From contig CAZPEO010000001.1 of NCBI GenBank assembly GCA_964585675.1, forward strand, positions 398 to 64,397: a stretch of 64,000 bases of DNA, read 5' to 3'. The translations under genes and the position numbers were made by a program. This document shows positions 48,881 through 56,600 of this stretch, piece by piece. Numbering within the stretch: the stretch's first letter is position 1; each line of letters opens with the position of its first letter. Source of the DNA: an uncultured Candidatus Saccharibacteria bacterium (lineage in GTDB: Bacteria; Patescibacteriota; Saccharimonadia; Saccharimonadales; Saccharimonadaceae). The notes under the pieces are model-generated. The model did not search any database, was not told the origin of the DNA, and saw only the letters and a list, made by a program, of their open reading frames with translations.

Positions 48881-50140
48881 ATGACAGCCCGTCAACCGTT
48901 TGATTTTCCTAAAGGTTTTTTGTGGGGAGCATCGACGAGTGCTCATCAGGTCGAAGGAGGCCTGAGCAATCAGTGGACGATGTGGGAGCTAGAAAACGCC
49001 AAAGCACTGAGTACTCAAGCGCCGTATCAGTTTGGTGATGTGCCAAGTTGGGAGCGAATACAACACCAGGCGCGCCTGCCGAGTAATTATGTGTCAGGAA
49101 AAGCAGTCAACCACTACGAGCTGTTTTGTGAGGACATAGCGCTTCTCAAGAAGCTGCACATGAATGCATTTCGATTTAGTATCGAATGGTCGAGTATCCA
49201 GCCGGAGGAGGACCTTTGGAATGCAGGCGAGGTAGCGCACTATCGCATCGTACTCAGCGAGCTACATAGGCAAGGTATTGAGCCAATTGTGACGTTGTTT
49301 CATTTTACGCTACCAGTGTGGTTTGCCAGAAAAGGCGGGTTTGAAAAACGTCGCAATGTGCGGTATTTTGTCGAATTTGCAGAACGGATCATGGCGGAGC
49401 TGGGTGATCTTGTGAGGTATGTTATCACTATTAACGAGCCAGAAGTCTATGTCTGGCAGTCGTATGGAGAAGCCCGGTGGCCGCCTCAGAAGCAGCAGAA
49501 GTTTTTGGCATTTCGCGTGCTTCACAATATCATCTACGCCCATAACCAAGCAGCAAAAGCTCTCCATGCTCAGCGGGCCACTTATCAGATTTCGATTGCA
49601 AAAAACAGCGCCTACGTCTATCCCGGTGATGACTCTGCGCTCAGTGTGCGCGCTGCTGCTATCGTGCAGTATCTACAAGATGATTATCTTTTGGAGCGTG
49701 TGCAAAAGCAGTGTGATTTTTTGGGAGTCAACTACTATTTTAGCGATCGGATCTACGGGTACCGCCGGCACAATCCTCATGAATATCTCAGTGATCTGGG
49801 CTGGGATATGCAGCCCGAGCACATCGAACACGTACTAGTGCGACTAGCGAGAAAATACAAGAAACCAATCATCATCACAGAAAATGGACTGGCTGATGCA
49901 CAAGATAGCAACCGTAAATGGTGGTTGACGCAAACCATCGTGGGGATGCAAAAGGCTATCCAGCAAGGCGTCGAGCTGAAGGGCTATCTGCATTGGAGTC
50001 TCGTCGATAATTTTGAGTGGGACAAGGGCTTTTGGCCACAGTTCGGTCTCGCAGCGGTCGACAGACGCACAATGAAGCGCACGCTGCGGCCGAGTGCCGT
50101 GTGGTTTGGGCGCGTAATAAAGAAGGTTCGCGGAGTATAA
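48881..50140 (+). CDS. Glycoside hydrolase family 1
   Basis: FLWGASTSAHQVEG, FRFSIEW, TINEP, ITENG, WSLVDNFEW. Confidence 0.95.
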   Translation: MTARQPFDFPKGFLWGASTSAHQVEGGLSNQWTMWELENAKALSTQAPYQFGDVPSWERIQHQARLPSNYVSGKAVNHYELFCEDIALLKKLHMNAFRFSIEWSSIQPEEDLWNAGEVAHYRIVLSELHRQGIEPIVTLFHFTLPVWFARKGGFEKRRNVRYFVEFAERIMAELGDLVRYVITINEPEVYVWQSYGEARWPPQKQQKFLAFRVLHNIIYAHNQAAKALHAQRATYQISIAKNSAYVYPGDDSALSVRAAAIVQYLQDDYLLERVQKQCDFLGVNYYFSDRIYGYRRHNPHEYLSDLGWDMQPEHIEHVLVRLARKYKKPIIITENGLADAQDSNRKWWLTQTIVGMQKAIQQGVELKGYLHWSLVDNFEWDKGFWPQFGLAAVDRRTMKRTLRPSAVWFGRVIKKVRGV

Positions 50141-50148
50141 TAGAAGCA

Positions 50149-51174
50149 ATGAGTGAGTATAAACTGTTTGGAGACGATGAGATCAAGATCGCTCTTATTG
50201 GTGGTGGCACTGGTAGTTTCACGCTCCTTTCAGCACTCAAGAAAAAAACAACGCAGATTGCAGCGCTCGTGAATATGGCAGACGACGGCGGAAGCACTGG
50301 GGTGCTGCGCGATGAACTCGGTGCGCTACCACCTGGGGATGTGCGGCAATGTCTTGTGGCGCTTTCTGATACACCAGAGCTACGCGACCTGTTCACGTAT
50401 CGGTTTGAGGAAGGAACCCTCAAAGGTCATGCATTTGGCAATTTGTTTTTGACAGCTTGTGAAAAAATGACCGGCGACTTTGCGCGGGGCGTAGAGCTGG
50501 CGAGTGAAGTGCTGAACATCACCGGGACAGTCGAGCCGATTACACTGACAAATGTTCGTCTCGCGATGAGTGACCAGGAAGGCAGGGTTGTTAAAGGCGA
50601 GTTTCGGATTGCGCACGAACGATTTGGTGGTAAACGGCCAGAGTTTTGGCTCGAGCCTGACGCAGAAGCCAACCCAAAAGCAATAGCGGCTATCATGCAG
50701 GCCGACCTCGTGGTGATCGCACCAGGCAATTTGTATGGTAGCCTGGCGCCAGCGCTGGTGGTACCAGGAATTGGCAAAGCGCTGGCAAAGACCAACGCGC
50801 ACTGCGTGTATGTGTGCAATCTTGTCACGAAACCAGGGCAGACTGACGGGTTTGAGGTGCAGGATTTTGCTGATGAGATCGAGCGGCTGGCAGGTAAGGC
50901 GTTCCTCGATGCCGTGATTTTTAATACTGAGATACCTAGCAAAGCGCTGCTCGAGAAATATGCACAAGACGGCGAGCTGGCGGTGGGGTACGACAAGGCG
51001 CTTCTGGAGAAAGCACCATACCTTGCGATTGGTACAGCATTGCTGGCGGGTACTATGTGGCACAACACAAACAAAAGTGACCCAATTGCAGCCAGAAGAA
51101 CATTGATTCGCCACGACCCCTCTGCGGTTGCCGATGCGATAATTGGATGCTATGAGTATGCACGAACAGCCTAG
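50149..51174 (+). CDS. YvcK/GlmR (CofD-like) UDP-GlcNAc-binding protein
   Basis: GGGTG, ADDGGSTG.LR, PPGDVR, GHAFGNL, LIRHD. Confidence 0.92.
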   Translation: MSEYKLFGDDEIKIALIGGGTGSFTLLSALKKKTTQIAALVNMADDGGSTGVLRDELGALPPGDVRQCLVALSDTPELRDLFTYRFEEGTLKGHAFGNLFLTACEKMTGDFARGVELASEVLNITGTVEPITLTNVRLAMSDQEGRVVKGEFRIAHERFGGKRPEFWLEPDAEANPKAIAAIMQADLVVIAPGNLYGSLAPALVVPGIGKALAKTNAHCVYVCNLVTKPGQTDGFEVQDFADEIERLAGKAFLDAVIFNTEIPSKALLEKYAQDGELAVGYDKALLEKAPYLAIGTALLAGTMWHNTNKSDPIAARRTLIRHDPSAVADAIIGCYEYARTA

Positions 51175-51889
51175 CCAGAAGCGGACACGTAGCCCAGAAA
51201 AAGAAAAGCCGCCACGGATTGTGGAGAGATTTATTGTGGTCGATATGGACCGAACGCTGCTTGCGAGTGACGAGTTTGTCAGGTATTTGTATGATGTTTA
51301 TGCGCTCGATGGTGAGCAGCGGCAAATCGTTCAACAGCATGTAAAAGATAGCAAAGGGAGTGGGTTTGACGCATTTGGGTATTTGCAGCAACACTATCCA
51401 GACAGGCTTCAAGGCTTTGAGGGAGAGTCTGGCGAGGTGGAGGTTGAGGTAATTGCTGACTGGGTGATCGAAAGGCATGGCCTACCTAAGTTGCAGGAGG
51501 ACTTGCTTATCTCTGGCACCACCGAACTGTTCAGGGCGATTGATGCGCGTCAGGTGCCGCACGGTGTGCTTACAGCAGGTAGTGATACCTATCAGCGACT
51601 CAAAGCAGCGGTCTTGAGGCGTCTGCTCGTACGACCCGCTTTGCCTGTGATGGTAGTGGCTGCTGGTGATATGCCAGACAAGACAGCGATGCTGGTGGAT
51701 GCTTGCTGGAAGGATGATCGGCAGCTTTTCTTCTTGCCAGTGCAGCTCGGTGGAGAAGCGATTGCCGCGAAAAATCTCGTGGTGATCGATGACAAAGATC
51801 AGAATCTCAAAACGCCACACGGCAACATCCACACAGTTCATATCGGTACACACGACCTCTACACAGCTGCGAATATGATTGACAAATAA
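51152..51889 (+). CDS. HAD-like hydrolase
   Basis: VVDMDRTLL motif I, VLT motif II, K, VIDDK motif IV. Confidence 0.75.
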   Translation: MSMHEQPSQKRTRSPEKEKPPRIVERFIVVDMDRTLLASDEFVRYLYDVYALDGEQRQIVQQHVKDSKGSGFDAFGYLQQHYPDRLQGFEGESGEVEVEVIADWVIERHGLPKLQEDLLISGTTELFRAIDARQVPHGVLTAGSDTYQRLKAAVLRRLLVRPALPVMVVAAGDMPDKTAMLVDACWKDDRQLFFLPVQLGGEAIAAKNLVVIDDKDQNLKTPHGNIHTVHIGTHDLYTAANMIDK

Positions 51890-51917
51890 GCGTGAGCATG
51901 ATACAATACAATCTAAG

Positions 51918-52046
51918 ATGAAAACCACGCCACTCCTTAGAAAAGAATCTCAAAAAAGTGAACTCAATTCGCAAGTATCGTTACTGACAACGGCGCTCTA
52001 CAGTCTGTTATTTGTCGGTTGGATTGCGCTCCAGCTCCATATATAG
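51918..52046 (+). CDS. Small membrane protein, 42 aa (absent from the ORF track)
   Basis: MKTTPLLRKESQKSELNSQVSLLTTALYSLLFVGWIALQLHI*; TTGACA-17-TACAAT promoter (51879-51907) and a downstream terminator. Confidence 0.6.
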   Translation: MKTTPLLRKESQKSELNSQVSLLTTALYSLLFVGWIALQLHI

Positions 52047-52072
52047 CACTTTACGTTTTGCTAAGATAATGC

Positions 52073-52111
52073 AAAAAATACCACAACCATTTTGAAAGGT
52101 TGTGGTATTTT
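52073..52111. terminator. Bidirectional intrinsic terminator
   Basis: AAAATACCACAACC-attttgaaa-GGTTGTGGTATTTT. Confidence 0.8.
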
Positions 52112-52129
52112 CATCTGTTAGCATAAGCA

Positions 52130-52153
52130 GTTATCCACATATATGTGGATAAC
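52130..52153. promoter_or_regulatory. Inverted pair of perfect DnaA boxes
   Basis: TTATCCACA-tata-TGTGGATAA. Confidence 0.75.
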
Positions 52154-52189
52154 GAGTCTCACAATAAGAAAAAATGTCAAAAAATGGTA

Positions 52190-52238
52190 TTGCAGTGGGT
52201 AGCGGGGGGTTGTATGATGAGTCCAGTGGAAAACGTGG
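52190..52238 (+). promoter_or_regulatory. mraZ/dcw promoter with GTGG MraZ-binding-like repeats
   Basis: TTGCAG-17-TATGAT; GTGG at 52195, 52226 and 52235. Confidence 0.55.
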
Positions 52239-52345
52239 ACACCACCAAACAGCGCGGGTCCACCGACAAACAGCAAACACCACTAACAAAAACACATTAC
52301 CATAACAAAAACGCTTGACTGAAGGGTAGCTAGGCAATTTCAACA

Positions 52346-52711
52346 ATGGATTATTTTGAACGCAAGCTAGATGATAAGCGTCGGTTAACGATACCGACCG
52401 AGCTTCGTGCAGAATTTGCCAGTGGGGTTGTGCTCAGCCGCGGCTTCGGAGAGTACCTCCACATGTATCCACAACAAGTGTGGGACAGGGAAGTTGAGCC
52501 AGCACTGGCTGGTAACAACATCTTCGATGAAGCCTTGGCTGACCTGAATGTGCGTTTTCGTCGCGGAAAGATCACTCAGTCGCTTGATGACAAGCAAGGA
52601 CGAGTCGTGATCGAGCAGCATCTGCTTGATTATGCACAGATGGAGCGCGATGTGATTGCAGTACGGGTAGGGGCATATTGGCGCCTTGGTTCACCCGAAA
52701 CATTACTTTAG
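52346..52711 (+). CDS. mraZ: Transcriptional regulator MraZ
   Basis: LDDKRRLTIP..LR, LSRGF..YL..YP, LDDKQGRV.I. Confidence 0.9.
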   Translation: MDYFERKLDDKRRLTIPTELRAEFASGVVLSRGFGEYLHMYPQQVWDREVEPALAGNNIFDEALADLNVRFRRGKITQSLDDKQGRVVIEQHLLDYAQMERDVIAVRVGAYWRLGSPETLL

Positions 52712-52744
52712 TTTACCTTTCTGTTTTACGTACGTACATTAACA

Positions 52745-53240
52745 ACCCACATGATATCCTCGAGATCAACAATCTGGTAGTGAGTAGTGGTTACTCGGCC
52801 CACATGAAAAATAGTCGAATGCACCTTCCTCCAACACAACACCTCCCAAAAAAACTCCACCTCACACAGGGCCCCCGACAAGTGCTTGCACTTGATGGGG
52901 TAGCTTCACACATAAGTCTCTCAAGATCGTCTAAATAGAGTTATGAATCCCACTGGGATTATTCTCGGCTGACGGTCGATTCTTATACAAAAACAAACAA
53001 AAAACGCGAAAACAAACAATATTCACTACCAGTTTGGTGATCTCGAGCTCTAGACGCATCGCGTCTGACTTGCTAATCGGTGAAGCCGGCTGCCTGTCAG
53101 AATGATCGTCTTGAGTAGCAGCTGTCATTGTACATCATCTCTATATCCGGCGAAGCCACGAGGCAGAGCCGAGCTTTAGGGGGAGTGAGCTGTTTTGCGA
53201 ATTTATTTCGAAAAGCAGCGAGAGGGGCGAGCCCCTCTCT
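52745..53240 (+). ncRNA. Candidate large structured RNA between mraZ and rsmH (unknown family)
   Basis: 28-nt long-range helix 52759-52786/53020-53047 enclosing nested hairpins, followed by more hairpins; no credible ORF. Confidence 0.5.
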
Positions 53241-53274
53241 ATTATTCGACACCTTGTCGAATAATAGTTACAAT
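53239..53274 (+). promoter_or_regulatory. Leaderless rsmH promoter overlapped by a 13-3-13 palindrome
   Basis: CTATTATTCGACA-cct-TGTCGAATAATAG; TCGACA-17-TACAAT, 7 nt before ATG 53282. Confidence 0.6.
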
Positions 53275-53281
53275 GGTAGCA

Positions 53282-54172
53282 ATGAGTATCAAAGAACATC
53301 CACCACTTCATGTTCCCGTTTTGTTGGAGGATTGTCTGCGTGAGTTAGCGCCCAAATCAGGAGAGAAATATCTCGATCTGACGGCTGGGTATGGCGGCCA
53401 CGCTTCGGCAATGCTTGAGCGAACGGATAATTACTCTGAGTCTGTCCTCGTCGACCGCGATAAAAACGCGATTTTGACGCTCGGCACGTTTTCTGAAAAG
53501 GGAACAAGGCTTATGCAGGTTGACTTTGCCGAAGCTGCCAAACAGCTTGTAGCGGACAACCAGCAATTTGACGTAATCTTACTTGACTTGGGGGTGTCAT
53601 CACCACAGCTCGATAATTCGGGCAGAGGGTTCTCCTTCACAAAGGACGGACCACTTGATATGAGGATGGATAATCGCCAAAGTGTAACAGCTGAGACGAT
53701 CGTGAATACGAAACATCAACACGAGCTTTCCAGAATCATCCAACAATACGGCGAGGAGACCAGACGCGCAGCAGACCGCTATGCTAAGGCTATCGTCGCC
53801 GCTCGGCCGTTACATACGACCGGGGAACTCGCCGAAGTAATTCGGCACGCACATGTCGGCAAGTGGCAAAAAATCCACCCAGCGACACGCACCTTTCAGG
53901 CCATCCGGATAGAGGTCAATGATGAGCTCCACCAGGTTGAGGAAGTGATGCTACTGCTCCCAAGGCTTTTAAAAAAAGGCGGCAGGGTAGGGGTGATCAG
54001 TTTTCACAGCCTGGAGGATCGCATCGTCAAGCGCTATTTTGCAGAGCAAAAAAATGCGGGCTACGAAGCAGAGCTGCGTATCCAGACCAAGCGTCCAATT
54101 GACGGGGCCACTCACGATGTTCACAATCCGCGTGCACGAAGTGCAAAACTTCGTGTCGCTGTGAAAATATAA
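53282..54172 (+). CDS. rsmH: 16S rRNA m4C1402 methyltransferase
   Basis: HVPVLL, DLTAGYGGH, DLGVSSPQLD, LDMRMD, FQAIRIEVN, SFHSLEDR, NPRARSAKLR. Confidence 0.97.
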   Translation: MSIKEHPPLHVPVLLEDCLRELAPKSGEKYLDLTAGYGGHASAMLERTDNYSESVLVDRDKNAILTLGTFSEKGTRLMQVDFAEAAKQLVADNQQFDVILLDLGVSSPQLDNSGRGFSFTKDGPLDMRMDNRQSVTAETIVNTKHQHELSRIIQQYGEETRRAADRYAKAIVAARPLHTTGELAEVIRHAHVGKWQKIHPATRTFQAIRIEVNDELHQVEEVMLLLPRLLKKGGRVGVISFHSLEDRIVKRYFAEQKNAGYEAELRIQTKRPIDGATHDVHNPRARSAKLRVAVKI

Positions 54173-54194
54173 ACAAACAGAAAGGGGGAGTGAC

Positions 54195-54260
54195 ATGCCA
54201 GTTCACATCCCAGTACAAAACACTTCAGAGGAATTCAAAGTACTTGTCCGCGTGAAATAG
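54195..54260 (+). CDS. 21-aa small ORF (leader-peptide-like)
   Basis: MPVHIPVQNTSEEFKVLVRVK*, preceded by a strong AAAGGGGGAG RBS. Confidence 0.45.
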   Translation: MPVHIPVQNTSEEFKVLVRVK

Positions 54261-54420
54261 CACGCGCGCTCAAGACAAGTACCTGTGATATCTCCTAGAC
54301 GGATAACCCGTCTCGCGGCCCGATGTCGGCCTACGGCTTGTTTGCGGTAGGCCGAGCACTCGGACGCGTGCGTCAACGTAGCGTGTTTCTACGGTGCTTT
54401 TGTGCCAAGCAAACATGACT
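54240..54420 (+). ncRNA. Candidate structured cis-regulatory RNA upstream of ftsL
   Basis: Four hairpins; loop TGTTTGC (54339-54345) is complementary to GCAAACA (54409-54415). Confidence 0.45.
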
Positions 54421-54454
54421 TATATAAAAACCTAAACAAAAAGTATCCACCACC

Positions 54455-54805
54455 ATGTCATATACACGAACAATGCAATTTAACACCCGGCGGGGCGGCA
54501 ACTGGAATCGCAACCAAAATACTGTTGCATTTGCCTCGGCGATCAAACTCGGACCAGTGACGCATACAGTGCTTGTCGCACTCATGATTACTGTCCTTGG
54601 TTTGATCTATCTCACACAGGCCACAAAAGCCTCGAGCTATGATTATGCAGCCAGCGAAACCGCAGATAAAATTTCTGCGCTCACTGATCAAAAGAAGGAT
54701 CTTGAGGTTGAAAACGCTCGTCTAACAGCACTTCAATCAGTCAAAAATAGCAGTGTCGCCAAAACCATGAGCACGCCGACTGATGTGCAGCATGTAAGCG
54801 AATAA
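54455..54805 (+). CDS. ftsL: FtsL-like cell division protein
   Basis: Short N-terminus, single TM, coiled coil (LTDQKKDLEVENARL); sits between rsmH and the PBP gene. Confidence 0.7.
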   Translation: MSYTRTMQFNTRRGGNWNRNQNTVAFASAIKLGPVTHTVLVALMITVLGLIYLTQATKASSYDYAASETADKISALTDQKKDLEVENARLTALQSVKNSSVAKTMSTPTDVQHVSE

Positions 54806-54820
54806 TCACACGCAGAAACG

Positions 54821-56572
54821 ATGGAACTTCATTTTACAAAAGGCAGTCGCGCAAGACTTCTCGCTATTGGCATGGTGGTGCTAATGGCGCTTTTTGTGAT
54901 GAGGCTGTTTTATTTGCAGGTGGTGCAGCATGATTATTATGTAGCGCAAGCAGATGGCGAGCAAATGAAACGGTTTGTGCTGCATGCCAAACGAGGCGAG
55001 CTCTACACGCTCGATAATGGGGTGCCCAACAAACTCGTTATGAACGAAAAAGTCTATACTGTTTGGGCGGATCCGGCGACAGTGACAGATAAACAGGCTA
55101 TCATAACCGCGCTCAATGAGGTTGCGGGCGGACAAACACGCAAAGATTTTTCTCGATATCTCGACAAATCAGGCACCCGCTATCAGGTGCTCGCCACCAA
55201 GATAAGCCGCACGCAGGCGGAGATGCTCAAAGCCAAGAAACTAGCGGGTTTGGGGTTTGATGAAGTGAGCCAGCGCGTGTACCCTGAGGGGCAGCTTGCG
55301 AGTCAAGTGGTGGGGTTTGTAGATGCGGAAGGCGATGGTAAATATGGGTTTGAGCAAGCCAATGACCAAGCACTCAAAGGCAAAGACGGAGTACTCAACA
55401 CCGTGACTGACGTGCGCGATGTCCCTCTCACTGTTGGTGACAAAAACGTTAAAATTCCAGCAGTCAATGGCAAAAATATGGTTCTGACGATCGACAGAAA
55501 CATCCAAAGTCAGACTGAAAAAGCGCTGGTTGACGCACTGGTACGTTCTGGCGCGACTAATGCCAGCGCCATCGTGATGGAGCCGTCGACAGGCAAGGTG
55601 CTTGCTATGGCAAATCTCCCTACCTATAATCCGACATTGCTCCATAGCGTGACAGACGCGTCGTTATTCAACAACAACGTCATCAGTCAACCCTATGAGC
55701 CAGGCTCTGATATCAAAACATTTACAGTGGCAACGGGTATCGACAAAGGGGTAATCACTCCTGACTCTACCTACAACAACACGGATTCTATCACTGTTGA
55801 AGACATCACTATCGGCAACGCCTCAAAGGGTCACACTGGCACCAGAACGATGCAATTTGCACTGAATTGGTCGCTCAACACCGGTATGGTGACGATTGCG
55901 CAGCGCCTCGGTAACGGAAGCTATATCACAAAAGACGCGCGCCAGACGATGTATGAGTATTTCCACAATAAATTTCGCCTCGGTGAAAAAACAGGGATAG
56001 AGCTTGCAAATGAAGCCAAAGGTACCATCGTTTCTCCCGACGACCAAGAGGGCAATGCCGTACGTTACAGTAACATGTCATTTGGACAGGGTATGGACGC
56101 CACGATGCTACAAGTAGCAACAGGGTTTGGTGCGTTGGTTAACGGCGGGACGTGGCACACACCCACGGTGATAGCAGGGACGGTAGATGACGAAGGTAGG
56201 TTCGCTGTAGCCGCCCAAAGACCTCAGTATCCACAAGTAATCAGCGCTGAATCGTCTGCTACCATGCGCGAGATGATCCACCAAGCGCACTATGCTACCT
56301 ACAAGCCTCAGACGACGCCAGACGGTTATTATATTGGTGGCAAAACAGGGACGTCGCAAACAATCGAGAACGGCAAATATGTGAGCAACCAAACGATCGG
56401 TACCTATTTAGGATTTGGTGGCGAAGTGGGCAAGGTACCGAGGTATGTGATTATGGTTGAGATCTCTGCAAAGGGCAAGAACCTTGGTGGTGGTGCAGAT
56501 GCCAAGCCTATCTTCAACGACATCTCAAACTGGTTGATTGATTATCTGCGTTTGACGCCGAGCGGGGTCTAG
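54821..56572 (+). CDS. ftsI: Class B penicillin-binding protein (FtsI/PBP3-like)
   Basis: RVYPEG, LTIDRNIQ, EPGSDIK (SxxK), SLN, KTGT. Confidence 0.92.
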   Translation: MELHFTKGSRARLLAIGMVVLMALFVMRLFYLQVVQHDYYVAQADGEQMKRFVLHAKRGELYTLDNGVPNKLVMNEKVYTVWADPATVTDKQAIITALNEVAGGQTRKDFSRYLDKSGTRYQVLATKISRTQAEMLKAKKLAGLGFDEVSQRVYPEGQLASQVVGFVDAEGDGKYGFEQANDQALKGKDGVLNTVTDVRDVPLTVGDKNVKIPAVNGKNMVLTIDRNIQSQTEKALVDALVRSGATNASAIVMEPSTGKVLAMANLPTYNPTLLHSVTDASLFNNNVISQPYEPGSDIKTFTVATGIDKGVITPDSTYNNTDSITVEDITIGNASKGHTGTRTMQFALNWSLNTGMVTIAQRLGNGSYITKDARQTMYEYFHNKFRLGEKTGIELANEAKGTIVSPDDQEGNAVRYSNMSFGQGMDATMLQVATGFGALVNGGTWHTPTVIAGTVDDEGRFAVAAQRPQYPQVISAESSATMREMIHQAHYATYKPQTTPDGYYIGGKTGTSQTIENGKYVSNQTIGTYLGFGGEVGKVPRYVIMVEISAKGKNLGGGADAKPIFNDISNWLIDYLRLTPSGV

Positions 56573-56600
56573 GTGATGCATCAGGTGGTATACTAAGCTC

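Noticed and set aside
50380-51114. Long antisense ORFs (244 aa and 215 aa) opposite yvcK, and similar shadow ORFs across the window
   Set aside because: They fully overlap confident genes and have no motifs or RBS; they are codon-bias shadows
52130-52153. oriC
   Set aside because: Only two DnaA boxes, no dnaA/dnaN nearby, and gene orientation is unchanged across the site
52712-53240. RNase P RNA, tmRNA or group I/II intron
   Set aside because: Only isolated look-alike words (AAACTCCACC, AAAAATAGTC, an AKTNN... frame); no GAGGAAAGTC/ACAGAA P4, no tRNA-like ends or ALAA tag, no P7 pair or domain V
52678-53343. Short ORFs 52678-52938, 52931-53128 and 53128-53343
   Set aside because: Non-ATG or weak starts, no RBS and unnatural composition; the region is better explained by RNA structure
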